A DNA stretch of 64,000 bases from Planctomycetota bacterium. Lineage in GTDB: Bacteria > Planctomycetota > UBA8108 > SXIK01. Where the stretch lies: assembly GCA_965223265.1 (NCBI GenBank), contig OZ244999.1, forward strand, positions 2,752,001-2,816,000, in the 5' to 3' direction. The translations under genes and the position numbers were made by a program. Of the stretch, positions 49,901-59,535 are shown one piece after another. Numbering within the stretch: the first letter of the stretch is position 1; each line of letters begins with the position of its first letter. The notes beneath the pieces were generated by a model that made no database searches, was not told the DNA's origin, and saw only the letters and a list, made by a program, of their open reading frames with translations.

Positions 49901-51370
49901 ATCGGCGGAGGTGGTGGAGCTGGGGATCAAGAGATCGATGATATCGAAGAGTTGGTTGAGTATACGGAAAGTGTAATCGCTGAACTCCAAGAGGAGTTTT
50001 CTTCTACCGACGAAGAACTCGCTTTAGTAGAAACAGGTTTGCAGTCGATTGGACATGAGTTCGACCAACTGGAACGGGACCTAGATCACAGAAACTGGCT
50101 TGTGTCGCTGGCCGGGCAGAGCATCGTTCCGAACGACGATGGAACCTTTGCTTTCCGAAACACCTCCGCTCCCGACCTCTTTGGCCCCGGCGGCCCCGGT
50201 TCCCCCCCCGACTTCCTCAGCGACGATTTCATCCGAGTTCGTGCCACCAGCACTCAGGATGGCGTCACCCGTTGGGCCTTCAGCGAGCCCTTGCAGATCC
50301 GTCAGGGAGAGATCTATATCATCGGCGATCTTACCTTCACGGATTCGCCGCCCCTCACGAACCACTCGCTGACTGCGAGGGCTCTCAGCCCAGTCCTGAC
50401 CGCCATCGATCAGATCGGTCAGCTCGAAGTCACGGCCCTCCTCTCAGACGACACCACCAAGGACGTGACCTCCCGAACCGAATGGACCGTCTACCGCACG
50501 AGCAATCCGGCAATCGTGAGCGTAGGGCCGGATGGCCTGGCAACTGCTAACGGACCTGGCCGGGCCATAGTCACGGCGGTAAATGAGGGAGCAACGGCAG
50601 TTACCCGTCTTCTCGTCGCTCCGGGCGCTGCGACGACTATCGACGGGATGGTTCAGTTGGGAGACGGGACGGTCGTGTCTGGGGCTATGGTCTCCGTGGT
50701 TGGTCAGCCAATCAGCGGAACGACGAGCCTCGATGGCTCCTTCGAGATTGGTGGCGTTGCCGCCTTTCTCGATCGTTCCCTGACTCTCGTGGCTCGCCTC
50801 AATCAGGGCGACTCAGTGCTGACGGGTTCCGTCGCAGGCATCGAATCGGTACCGGGCGGTCTGACCCATGCTGGGCTGATCACGTTGCGAGAGGCCCAGA
50901 CCGATTCAGATGGCGACGGACTTCCGGACGAAGTAGAGACATCCGTCGGCCTGAATCCGAACAGCCAGGACTCGGACGGGGACGGTGTGCTCGACGCAGA
51001 AGACGATCTGGACGAGGATCTCTTAACGAACTTCGAGGAGTTTGTGATTGGCACTGCTCTGAATGACGAGGACACAGATAGTGACGGCCTCGTAGACGGT
51101 GCGGAGTTCGAAGGGGATACCGATCCAGTCAACTATGACACCGATGGCGACAAGTTCAGTGATGGCGACGAGGTGGCGGACGGTTCGAGTCCAACTGACC
51201 CCCTTAGTCTCCCGCCGAGTCTGAACGTCGGAGTTTCAGTTGGGCAAAACTTCACCATCTTCAATAAGACCGACCCGTCCAAGAAGGTAGGAATAGCAGT
51301 CGGACCAAACTTTACAGTGGAAAACCTGGCGAGTCCTCCTGAAGGGGCCGTCGCCGAGGAGAACAAGTAG
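46931..51370 (+). CDS. Large secreted multidomain protein: dockerin-like, Ig-like repeats, helical Cys-rich core, BIG2-like and TSP3-type Ca-binding repeats
   Basis: Signal peptide ending VWAQ. FRRGDSNVDADFDISDPI dockerin-like motif, SGNNQ Ig repeats and DSDGDGLPD/DTDSDGL repeats. Confidence 0.85.
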   Translation: MKSMECTRWSAASYVALWISLGSFVACLQPVWAQSNFRRGDSNVDADFDISDPIFTLSFLFVAGSAAPECRDAADSNDDGELDISDPIHSLSYLFASGGAPPAPFQVCGTDPTADELECVRFVVCPSVPPPSPTILPLERVTRDDAVEVSGTAEPGTSIEVVTGDQIVRGDAADGSYSLTVPLHENRLNRLFVTAVTFDGVRSAPATAQVTQDGQRPSVFIDFPAQSSQLPLSEVTVVGRVSDMLSGFMGLDVTVNGQAANVDIGIGTNGTFERADVPLVLGANLITVVATDGVGNQAMKSISVTRIEATGPRLEIVSGNNQSGEVQSTLADPLVVRFVEEDGTPVSDTSLVFRVKRSDGVLSLAENGETTRRLEMTTDAAGEASVFYKLGTDAGCGNNRVEVSAGQSSLFFCATATPSAPKQINIGSGNNQRGEAGGPAVEPLRVWVSDGCNGIVDQDVTFTVTRGSGTVNGAESVTVRTVDTGHAEVSFVLGSEPGNNVVEVNFPGNTTSPASFVIFGVERDQTHPTSFSGLVLDNSSQPLEGASCSLVFPGQEPLTEISDVNGQFRFPDVPGAGAAHLHVNGLSVNHLGGENGRSVDPGSFPALSYEVCLVPNAENSLPTPVLLPPLDPRNARTYDGTRTVELTVEGIEGLKMIVREGTKVTLLDGSIVDGTDGNSTTLALNQVHHDKVPMPMPDGAAPPYAGTLQPAGATFDPPVQIIYPNMSGLAPGSLTNFMSFNHDTERFEIIATGQVDEGGESIISDPGTGISVAGWHCNCPPYSVTGQCHSCVNDPQILNQIAQLKAQQLQKLAEAAQHLQDGSNALSLAGLPIAQAAAHISFVAAGIAACGARGCPVTVISCLACAPLIAPLLVDLQTLGPGHAFQAVSRLVEAASHLADAASSLGLALARAIEAIQLAAQIAVLCPPLAVQNTGEALRRAIEAVRNGTLAGLQAKINRLQPIASRLLRAVQAIQACLDSGLVSCVFSPFIGGGGGAGDQEIDDIEELVEYTESVIAELQEEFSSTDEELALVETGLQSIGHEFDQLERDLDHRNWLVSLAGQSIVPNDDGTFAFRNTSAPDLFGPGGPGSPPDFLSDDFIRVRATSTQDGVTRWAFSEPLQIRQGEIYIIGDLTFTDSPPLTNHSLTARALSPVLTAIDQIGQLEVTALLSDDTTKDVTSRTEWTVYRTSNPAIVSVGPDGLATANGPGRAIVTAVNEGATAVTRLLVAPGAATTIDGMVQLGDGTVVSGAMVSVVGQPISGTTSLDGSFEIGGVAAFLDRSLTLVARLNQGDSVLTGSVAGIESVPGGLTHAGLITLREAQTDSDGDGLPDEVETSVGLNPNSQDSDGDGVLDAEDDLDEDLLTNFEEFVIGTALNDEDTDSDGLVDGAEFEGDTDPVNYDTDGDKFSDGDEVADGSSPTDPLSLPPSLNVGVSVGQNFTIFNKTDPSKKVGIAVGPNFTVENLASPPEGAVAEENK

Positions 51371-51380
51371 GGGGCCTCTG

Positions 51381-52715
51381 ATGAAAAGCTTAGTAAAGCA
51401 TCTGACTCTATTTGTTGGGCTTTTACTTATTCCAATCGGCTATCTAATCCACTCCGAGGTTGTTGGCAATGGACAGACCGTCCCCAACTTCGACAGCGAG
51501 TCCGATGGATCAGATGGGCCTCTGGTCATCTCGACGCCGAGTGTCGACCCGGAAGGCTACCTGTTCGACCCGAGAGACCCGAGTACGTTCGATCCCGACG
51601 GGAACAACGGTCGAGCCATGCTTGACCCTGACAGGGATGGAGTTTACCACTTTACGGAGATTTTGATCGGGGTGGGGGTGACCGTGAGGCTCTCGGCAGT
51701 TCCGTTAGGGACGACGCCGGTGATTTGGCTCTCGGAGGGGCCAATCGTCATTGACGGGACGCTTGATCTGAATGGAGAGGACGGACATCTATTCGATGCT
51801 GCGATTCGTGTGCCGTCGATTGCGGGGGCTGGTGGGAGTTCGGGAGGCGTAGGAGGAGACAATGCTGATACCCAGCGAGGTTTTCCGTCCCAACCTGGAG
51901 CGGGGCCAGGAGGTGGCGGCGTAAATCCGACCCCCGGAGGCTGTGGGACGTCAGCGGGACATGCATTCAACGTTCAATCAAATGCTTGCGGCGTCGGTCC
52001 CCGTCTCGGTTTTGCCTACGGCAATGAGTTTCTATTGCCGCTTATAGGTGGATCTGGCGGTGGAGGGATGTGGGGTAACTCGACGAGTTCTGGAGCCGGA
52101 GCTGGTGGAGGGGCTTTGTTGCTTGCGAGCTCCGAATCCGTGAGCATCGACGGTGTTGTCAGCGCCGATGGAGGAATCGGCGGAACGCTAAGCTCTGGAG
52201 GGGGCAGCGGCGGAGCGATACGGCTTGTTGGGCCAGTGGTAGCCGGCAACGGCTCGCTTTTGGCAAGGGGGGGCGACGCAGGCCACGGTGGATCGGGCTC
52301 GGTCGGACGAATACGAGTAGAAACCTACGACTCTCAGTTCGAGGGAGTGACAGACCCGCCGGCAAGAACCTCCAATCCAGGCCTCCTGTTTTCTCCGAAT
52401 CCTCTGCCGATCGTGAGGGTGGTGAGTGTAGACGGAACGGGGCTTCCATCAAATCCGATCGGTGATCCGCAGGTCCCAGACGCACAAATCGACGAAGACG
52501 GTGACACCGTGATCGCTATCGAAGGCAACAACATCCCTGTCGGCACAATCGTTCGTCTGAACATGCAATCGGACAATGGTCCGCCTATGATCGTCGAGTC
52601 CAGTCCGCTTGCTGGGACATTTGGCTCGTCAACAGCAACCGCCTCTGTTCAACTTCCTCCCGGTCTCTCCCGCTTTTCTGTGATGGCGACGTGGGACCCG
52701 GACGGAGGTGGATAA
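51381..52715 (+). CDS. Secreted glycine-rich protein, cotranscribed with the preceding gene
   Basis: 10-bp gap. Signal peptide, FDSESDGSDG motif and GGSGGGG/GGGSGGAIRL repeats. Confidence 0.8.
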   Translation: MKSLVKHLTLFVGLLLIPIGYLIHSEVVGNGQTVPNFDSESDGSDGPLVISTPSVDPEGYLFDPRDPSTFDPDGNNGRAMLDPDRDGVYHFTEILIGVGVTVRLSAVPLGTTPVIWLSEGPIVIDGTLDLNGEDGHLFDAAIRVPSIAGAGGSSGGVGGDNADTQRGFPSQPGAGPGGGGVNPTPGGCGTSAGHAFNVQSNACGVGPRLGFAYGNEFLLPLIGGSGGGGMWGNSTSSGAGAGGGALLLASSESVSIDGVVSADGGIGGTLSSGGGSGGAIRLVGPVVAGNGSLLARGGDAGHGGSGSVGRIRVETYDSQFEGVTDPPARTSNPGLLFSPNPLPIVRVVSVDGTGLPSNPIGDPQVPDAQIDEDGDTVIAIEGNNIPVGTIVRLNMQSDNGPPMIVESSPLAGTFGSSTATASVQLPPGLSRFSVMATWDPDGGG

Positions 52716-52782
52716 GGGCAGATTGGACGGAACGCTTGCCACGACGTTTGGCGACGACGATCTCAGGTTTTGATCCGCACAA

Positions 52783-53334
52783 TCAATGATGGTAGACGTG
52801 AAGATTCTGCGTCTTCGGCAGCATCTCCGGCGGTGGGGGAACCGAGAGGAGTGCCTCTCGAAGTCGCGATTGGCGCAGTTGGCGCCGAGTGCTGCGGAGC
52901 TCGGACCTGATTTGCTTCTCTTCCGATGACAGTCGGGCGCTTTGCAGGTGCCGCTCGTTCTCCATTCGCTTGCGCTCGAGGGCCAGCTGTTGCCGCTGGA
53001 GGAGCCATTGCATCTTCTGCTCGGGGCCGAGCTGTTCGAGGAGGTGCTCAACCGCTAGAAGATCTTCAAGCTCTGCCTTGTAGGCTTCGAGCTCAGCCCT
53101 TACCTCGGCGAGCTCTTCTCGGGTCTCTTCGTGCGCGTCGATTTCTTGATCCAACGCAGACGGGGAGTGAGGAAGATTGTGCTCATCCTCGAGGTCCCAA
53201 ATGATCCTGCCAACACGACGAGCGTTTTCCTCGTGTGCGGCCTGAAGGTTTCGGAGCGCAGGCAAATGCGCTGGACCGTACTCACAGCCGAGAGCGCACA
53301 AGAAGCCAAAGATCAGCGTGAAACGAACACCCAT
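52783..53334 (-). CDS. Putative coiled-coil lipoprotein
   Basis: RBS GGGAGG, lipobox ALGC and long E/L/R/Q heptads. Confidence 0.65.
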   Translation of the reverse strand: MGVRFTLIFGFLCALGCEYGPAHLPALRNLQAAHEENARRVGRIIWDLEDEHNLPHSPSALDQEIDAHEETREELAEVRAELEAYKAELEDLLAVEHLLEQLGPEQKMQWLLQRQQLALERKRMENERHLQSARLSSEEKQIRSELRSTRRQLRQSRLREALLSVPPPPEMLPKTQNLHVYHH

Positions 53335-53486
53335 GGACTGCCCTCCCTTCTCGGAAGAAGCGTACGATGGGAACTGTCGCGTGACCAGGGGGCCTGTAAG
53401 TCGTCACACGATTGGGGGTTGTGTTGTCTGGCTATGTCGACTTAACGCTCGCGGTCGGACGCAACTGGCGATGACTCGACAAACGG

Positions 53487-56075
53487 TTAGGTCTCTTCGA
53501 TTGATGTCGCGGCAGTCACCGCTGCGCCTCCGCCACCCCCACGGCCCCCGCCCACCATCTCACACCCAACACAAAGCACCCGCCGCTTCACCCCCTGCAG
53601 CGTCACCCGCACCGTGGTGCGGCCGGCGTCGACCCTTCGGAGGAGCCCTCTCTCCTCCAGCCGGCGCTGGAGCGTTCGCAGGCCGACCCCGACCGCGCCG
53701 CCAACTGTTGTGGCGAGCTTTTGCACCATCGAGTACGCCGCCTCTGGGTGGAGCAGCAGGTCGCCCTCCGATCCCAGCCATCCGATGCGATCGCCTTGTG
53801 GTTGCCAGAGCGGTGCGCGCTGGTCGTCGCCGGACGCGCTTCGCCAGCCCCAGGCGAGCGGGTCGTCCGGTGGGGTGCCGTCGACCGACGCGACGTGCGC
53901 TTGGCCCGCCGCGATCGCCGCGCCGAGGAGTGCGAAGAAGCGCTCGGTCGCATCCTCTGCACGCTCGTGCTCGGTCTGCTCGCGGCCGAGCTCCAGGAAG
54001 ACGTTCTTCGCCTCGTCCCCGAGCTTCGTTGCGGCACTGCCGTCGATGGCATCGGCACCGACCGCGAACCAAAGAAAGATGTTCCAGCCGGCGAGGAGGC
54101 TCGCAAAGTTTCCGAGCGATCGCTTGTGCGCACGCGGGCTCTCCGCCAGTTCGGCGCGCAGCCGCACGACCTCTCGCTCGAGCACGCATCGCATCTCGTC
54201 TCGCTGCGGCGCGAGCCAGGAAATGAACGCAGCCATCGAACCAGCAAGCTCTCCGCTGCGCGCGGCGCCTTGGGCTTCTGTGAGCGCCCTCCAGTCAACA
54301 TCGCCTCGCCCGATCTCGACGATGACCATGCGTGCACGAAGACTCTCGCCACGCGGTATGTCCTCACCGGTTGAGACGATGAGCCCGCGCGGCGGCCTCG
54401 CCCGAACGACTTCACCATCGGCGCGCAGCCGCTGTCTGCCCGATCGATTCCCCTGCGCTCTGAAGAGCCGGTCCGCACTGCCGTGCAGCCGCGTGATGTC
54501 CTGATGACTGCCGATCGGACAAAAGTCATCGACGACGAGGAGCGCGTCCTTTGCCGTGAACGCGACGCGCTCGAGTGAGTTCGCCGTGCTCGACCAGCTC
54601 CCCGGCAGGCTCGACGCATCCATGGCGGCGCCGAAATGTTGCTGCGCTACTGCCGCCAGCTCCGTCTTGCCCGCGCCGCTCTGCCCGGCGAGGTGAAGGC
54701 TCACACGCACGTCGCCGAGAACGGCCCGGTACGTTGCCGCAAGGAGCGGCAGCGTGACGCGGCGCGGTGCGACGTCGAGGAATGAGATGCTCGCGCGCAC
54801 GAACGCGGTCAACTCCGCGCCGCACGGCGGCTCGGGGAGCGAGTAGTTTTCAAGTGCGCTTTCGAGCTCCACGCGGACGTCTGCGCACATGCCCGCTGCA
54901 CCGATCGCGCCGCCGGCGTGGAGAAAGAGCTGCTCTCCGCCGACCGCCCGCCAACCGGTGTGCGCAAAGACCTTCGCCGCTTCCACCTCCTCACTCAAGG
55001 TCTGCACGGCGCAGCGCGTGTGATCGCGCTTGCCTTCCCCAGGATAGATGATCGCCTTGGCGCCGAGGTGCTCGCTCGCCCAGTCGAGGCTGCGAAAGCG
55101 CGCCACTGGCACGGTGAACCTGCGCTCTTCGCTCCCGAGGCGCGCGCTCAGTTCGAACTCGCGCCGCGGCTGGGCACCATCATCGATTTCAATGTCGCGA
55201 ACGATCGTGGCGACAAAGTTCGCCAGCGGCACCGGCGAGATTTCATCGCGAAGCACGCGATTCCACACAAGCCCATCGTCGGTGGCGCTGTAGGTCTCGG
55301 CGGTGAATGCGCCGCCCCTCAGCTCCGTCTCGGCGAAGGTGAGGAGTTCGCTCGTCGTGCCGCCAGCTGCGAAGTAGTCATCGAGTCCAACCTTCTCGCC
55401 GGCGTCCCCCGGCGGTAGGTAGATCAGCCGGACGTTCGCCTGCCGCGACTCGAGAAATCCCTTCAGTCGCGCCAGCGCCGCATGAACTGCCTGCTTCTCC
55501 ATGACGTCGCTGTCGAACGCGACGTACACCTTGCGGGCTTTCAGCGCGATCGACTCCCAATCGGCCAGTGCGCACTTGCCACCCTGCTCGTTGGTGCCGC
55601 GAAAGTTCCACACGCCCAGAAGCGCGATCGTGCAGAGTCCCTGCGAGACTGCCGAGTCGGCCTTGCGTACACCTTCGGTGATGAAGAGAGGCCGCGCGGG
55701 ATCGCCGAGCCAGCGGCGTACGGGCCGCGGCACATCGAGGACCATGCGAGCGCCGGCGATCGTTTCGTACTTGACGCTCTTACCGTTTCGGTCGACCCGC
55801 GGCGTGTCGGGACGGATTTGGTAGGTGGCGACCTCGCCGTGAACGTCGTAGATGGGTACGAGAAGCGCTGGGGTGCGCGCTTGTCGCTCGCTGAAGCCGA
55901 GTCGTCTGAGCTCGGCGCGGACTTCGACCGAGCGGTAGCCACGCGCTGCGGCGACTTCGTCGGCGATGGCGGACTCGCGGATGCGTCTGGCGTGGTGCGC
56001 CAGTAGTTTTTCAGGGGAAGATTGAACCAAAGGGTCTCCTCCAGAGTCTGCTGAGGCGAGCTTTCTGCACGTCAT
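53487..56075 (-). CDS. Primase-helicase (DUF3854/TOPRIM-like N-terminus, DUF927-like P-loop ATPase); alternative start TTG 56030
   Basis: YQIRPD.PR...KYET, FITEGVRKA, LLGVWN, YVAFDSD and KVGLDDYF. Walker A GQSGAGKT and Walker B LVVDD. Confidence 0.88.
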   Translation of the reverse strand: MTCRKLASADSGGDPLVQSSPEKLLAHHARRIRESAIADEVAAARGYRSVEVRAELRRLGFSERQARTPALLVPIYDVHGEVATYQIRPDTPRVDRNGKSVKYETIAGARMVLDVPRPVRRWLGDPARPLFITEGVRKADSAVSQGLCTIALLGVWNFRGTNEQGGKCALADWESIALKARKVYVAFDSDVMEKQAVHAALARLKGFLESRQANVRLIYLPPGDAGEKVGLDDYFAAGGTTSELLTFAETELRGGAFTAETYSATDDGLVWNRVLRDEISPVPLANFVATIVRDIEIDDGAQPRREFELSARLGSEERRFTVPVARFRSLDWASEHLGAKAIIYPGEGKRDHTRCAVQTLSEEVEAAKVFAHTGWRAVGGEQLFLHAGGAIGAAGMCADVRVELESALENYSLPEPPCGAELTAFVRASISFLDVAPRRVTLPLLAATYRAVLGDVRVSLHLAGQSGAGKTELAAVAQQHFGAAMDASSLPGSWSSTANSLERVAFTAKDALLVVDDFCPIGSHQDITRLHGSADRLFRAQGNRSGRQRLRADGEVVRARPPRGLIVSTGEDIPRGESLRARMVIVEIGRGDVDWRALTEAQGAARSGELAGSMAAFISWLAPQRDEMRCVLEREVVRLRAELAESPRAHKRSLGNFASLLAGWNIFLWFAVGADAIDGSAATKLGDEAKNVFLELGREQTEHERAEDATERFFALLGAAIAAGQAHVASVDGTPPDDPLAWGWRSASGDDQRAPLWQPQGDRIGWLGSEGDLLLHPEAAYSMVQKLATTVGGAVGVGLRTLQRRLEERGLLRRVDAGRTTVRVTLQGVKRRVLCVGCEMVGGGRGGGGGAAVTAATSIEET

Positions 56076-56104
56076 GGGTTCACGAGCGTGCAGAGAAAAA
56101 GATT

Positions 56105-56146
56105 CTCCACCTCTTAGTTGCCGGAAGTAGCCCCTGAGGTGATGTG
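56105..56146 (-). promoter_or_regulatory. Element-specific promoter-like motif, copy 2 (upstream of primase-helicase)
   Basis: CACATCACC-N15-GGCAACTAAGAGGTGGAG. Confidence 0.65.
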
Positions 56147-56357
56147 AATTCTGGAGAAATTTTCGAATGCGCTGGTGAAGTCGACTTTTGAGTCCGCTCA
56201 AGGCCGCCAGAGTCCTGTTGAGTTCTCCCGAGCGCACTCGAGGTGTGTGGGCGAGCACAGCGAGCCGCGGCGAGTGCGAGGGCGGACCGCGCAGCGCGCG
56301 CTGAGGGCGAAGAATCGCAGGGTGGTTCAAAGAGGTTCACATTTTCTCGATTTTTCG

Positions 56358-56390
56358 CATCACCTAACGCCAGTTTGCGGCAACTGACAT
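56358..56390 (+). promoter_or_regulatory. Element-specific promoter-like motif, copy 3 (upstream of HTH gene)
   Basis: CATCACC-N14-GGCAACTGA. Confidence 0.6.
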
Positions 56391-56527
56391 GTAGGAGGCG
56401 CTGGCCGTGCTTTTTAAAGCTTCGACGTTGAAGCCGGCGCGGCGATCGGGAGTGCGCGAGCAGCGAATCGCAGGCGATCAAGCGCGCGTAGAACCGAAGG
56501 GCGCTGAGACCCGCAACTGGAGGACGT

Positions 56528-56776
56528 ATGGGAACGAACGACATGGAGAGGCGGACGCTGAAGTCGCTCGCTGGCAGTGCAGTAGCCGGAGAGAAGATCG
56601 AGCCGCTCCTACGCTCAACAGAGGTGTGCGAGATTCTGCGCGTCTCGAAGACGACGCTTTGGCGGCGCATTCGGCGCGGCGAGCTTGCGGTGATCCGCGC
56701 CGAGCGCAGACTCCTCTTCGAGCCGGAGGAGGTGAGGCGATACATCGCGCTGAGGCGATGTCGCGCGCGCAGTTGA
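56528..56776 (+). CDS. Excisionase-like HTH_17 DNA-binding protein
   Basis: RBS GGAGG. PLLRSTEVCEILRVSKTTLWRRIRRGELAVIRAERRLLFEPEEVRRYI. Confidence 0.88.
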   Translation: MGTNDMERRTLKSLAGSAVAGEKIEPLLRSTEVCEILRVSKTTLWRRIRRGELAVIRAERRLLFEPEEVRRYIALRRCRARS

Positions 56777-56809
56777 TCGAGGCCGCGTCACGTGATGTTC
56801 GGCAACAGA

Positions 56810-57240
56810 TGCGACCGCGCAAGAAAGTTGCGCGAGGTGCAATCGGCGGCGCACGGCTCGGTAGCGTCCCCGAGAGAGTGTGTGTCACATCGCCGCGGGT
56901 TTTCAGGGGTGTCTATGCGCGCGTAGCGGTCCCAGCGGTCCCAACGGGCCTGCGCCATCGCAAACTCGTTTGCATACGAACGTTATGAGCGCGCGATGGG
57001 GGACCGCTACGCCAGATGCGCGCTGTAGCGGTCCCCGCAGCGGGCCTGAGGTTCGCCCACGGGACCGCTACAGATCGCCAGAGGACCGCTGGGACCGCTA
57101 CGGATGTTGAATGGCCTTCATCTCAAGGTGTCATGCGCAAAGAACTTAGATGAGCCGCGGGACCGCTGGGACCGCTGGGACCGCTGGGACCGCTACGCGC
57201 GCATAGACACTCCGGTTCTGGGTGACGATGTGACAGACAC
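56810..57240. repeat. Palindromic GGGACCGCT iteron array, copy 1 (candidate origin)
   Basis: Imperfect ~65-bp terminal inverted repeats (56878.. / ..57240) and 11 copies of (G)GGACCGCT in both orientations. Confidence 0.88.
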
Positions 57241-57423
57241 ATCTTCGTGTGGGGATTGTTGGCTGGTCGCGGTCTGAGCGTGAGCGACCGTTCGGCGGTG
57301 AGCGGTGGTGGCTGTTGGTGAACAAGCAGCCGCGATGCTCACTCTGGGCGGCCGACCGGCAGACCGACATGTCGTGCGACTTGGTCGCTCGACGAGCACG
57401 GATGTATGGTCCCAGGCACCGGT

Positions 57424-57894
57424 CTACTTGAGACTATAGACAGGGCGGAACCCTATCTCAGCACCTCCGTAGTCGTCCGGTGGGCCATATCTGCGGAGAG
57501 CCGAATAGCAGTAAAACCAACCGTAGTTCCAGGTGCCGCCTCGGATGACCCGGAGGTCGTTGCTGCCGGCGGGACGAGAACTGCTGATGGGGTCCGTTGC
57601 CCCCTCCTGAAGTTTCTCGTACCGATTCGGGTCGTAAAAGTCCGCGCACCATTCGGAAACGTTGCCATGTGTGTTGTGGAGACCAAAGTCATTGGGTACT
57701 GCCTCGACCTCAACCGTCATGTAATTGTCGTAGTTGACCTGCGCCTTGCTGGGTCGCGTGTTGCCGAAAGCAAAAAGTGTGTTTGTCCCCGCCCGGCAGG
57801 CGTATTCCCATTGCGCTTCAGTCGGAAGCGAGAGTCCTGTTTTCTCACAGAAATCCACGCACTCCTGCCAGGATACTTGCTCCACAGGGGGCAC
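57424..57894 (-). pseudogene. 5'-truncated FGE-sulfatase (SUMF1-like) domain gene
   Basis: Begins mid-domain at PVEQVSW. Motifs LPTEAQWEYACRAG, PNDFGL...GNVSEW, RVIRGG and GFRP. Confidence 0.8.
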
Positions 57895-58276
57895 GCGTAC
57901 GTGGATTCTCAGTTCGACGCCTCACGACCAGCGATATGGCAAGCCAGATTCCGCTCACACCGATGATCGCGGTGGGTGCCAGCCACGTGAGCCAAGAGTC
58001 GTTCACTTGAACTGACGTCGGTCTGGAGGGTACGTACGTGACGGGAACTGAGTCGCCCTCACCTTGTTCCGTGGTGAATTCACACTTGTAGCGTCGCACA
58101 GAGCTCTCGCGACCGCGAGAGGCATGGGTGATCGTACCTTTGGTCTCGACTGAGATCATCGAAAACACAAGGGCATACCCGAGGAGGACGAAACCACATA
58201 CCACGCCGAGCGCGGCCAAGCCGTAGAAGTCCCAAGCGAATCGATGAAGCGTTGCGCGGAATCGTTGGCGGCTCAT
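57845..58276 (-). CDS. DUF3592-like membrane protein, apparently internally shortened
   Basis: TM, then ETKGTI...EFTTEQG GDSVPVTYVPSRP, then TM. The tail overlaps the FGE fragment. Confidence 0.55.
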   Translation of the reverse strand: MSRQRFRATLHRFAWDFYGLAALGVVCGFVLLGYALVFSMISVETKGTITHASRGRESSVRRYKCEFTTEQGEGDSVPVTYVPSRPTSVQVNDSWLTWLAPTAIIGVSGIWLAISLVVRRRTENPRTRAPCGASILAGVRGFL

Positions 58277-58365
58277 ACCATCGTCCAACTCTACTGGATC
58301 GCGCTGAAGGGGAGAGCAAGGATTTGATTGTCGTCGCGCGACGCGATCGCCCTCGCGACCGCGAC

Positions 58366-58737
58366 TGCGACCACGCAAGAAGTTTGCGTGAGGTGCAATC
58401 GGCGGCGCACGGCTCGGCAGCGTCTCCGAGCGAGAGTGTGTCACATCGCGGCGGATTTCAGGGGTGTCTATGCGCGCGTAGCGGTCCCAGCGGTCCGAGC
58501 GGGCCTGCGGCATCGCAAGTTCCTTTGTATGCGAATGTTATGAGCGCGCGATGAGGGGCCGATGAGCCAAACGCGCGCTGTAGCGGTCCCCGGCCCACGG
58601 GACCTCTACAGATCGTCAGGGACCGCTGGGACCGCCACGGATGTCGAATGACCTTCATCTCAAGGTGTCATGCGCAAAGAACTTAGATGACCCGCGGGAC
58701 CGCTCACGTCGGTTCGGGGTGACGATGTGTGACACAC
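58366..58737. repeat. Palindromic iteron array, copy 2 (degenerate)
   Basis: Colinear with copy 1, including CCTTCATCTCAAGGTGTCATGCGCAAAGAACTTAGATGA, with two internal deletions. Confidence 0.88.
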
Positions 58738-58889
58738 CTTGGCCGGGAACTGGCGAGGTGTCACCAACCCCATTTGCGACCGAAGTGAGCCGGGGAATTC
58801 TCGGTCGGTGCAGGTTTTCGAGTACAATCCGGGCGTACTGAGGGATTCCGGACTCTTACATAGCGGGCATTTGGAACAGGGGAGAGCGA

Positions 58890-59195
58890 GTGCCAGACAT
58901 CTTGACGAAGAACTTTGTCCTGACGGCTGTGTGCGTGCCTGTAATAGGTCTGTTTTCGTATCTGTGCAGCCTCTGCGTATGTCTCATCATCGACCCGACG
59001 GCCTTGTCGTGGAAGCTCGGACTCAACTCACCCGGTAGCATTGCGGGTGACAGGATAGAAATGGTAGAGCTCGTCCAGGCCATGATGGTCGCTGGGGGAA
59101 TGTTCATCGGAGTTCTGGTTGCCCAAATCGTGTTCGTTGTGGCTCACCGTGGGGGAACGCAACGTGAAGACACTGGAACCAGCGAGAGAGATTGA
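58890..59195 (+). CDS. Small two-TM membrane protein
   Basis: GGGGAG RBS, GTG start and two hydrophobic helices. Confidence 0.55.
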   Translation: MPDILTKNFVLTAVCVPVIGLFSYLCSLCVCLIIDPTALSWKLGLNSPGSIAGDRIEMVELVQAMMVAGGMFIGVLVAQIVFVVAHRGGTQREDTGTSERD

Positions 59196-59535
59196 GATGA
59201 CTCTTGCCAAAAGGCGTCTTCGTGTGCCCAGCGAAGGCTGGCGCGTTCAGTGGGATTGAAAAACCCACCGGGGCAAAAGTCAGAGCCCTCCATCCTGAGC
59301 GCGGATTTCACTCTCCCTTCCCGCACACCCTTCCGCCCATTGCAGCGTGAGCCGCGGCCGTTGCCGACTTCCTGACATCCTCCCTGGGAACGAAACGAAG
59401 CGCGCGGACTGCCTAGTCGCGACGGTTGCCGAGCTCCTCGTCACCGCGCGCCAAATAGATCACCACGGGCGACCACCCCGTGTGAAGCCTGCACCAGACG
59501 CATTCCGGCACACAGAGCCCATCCAACGCCTCGAA

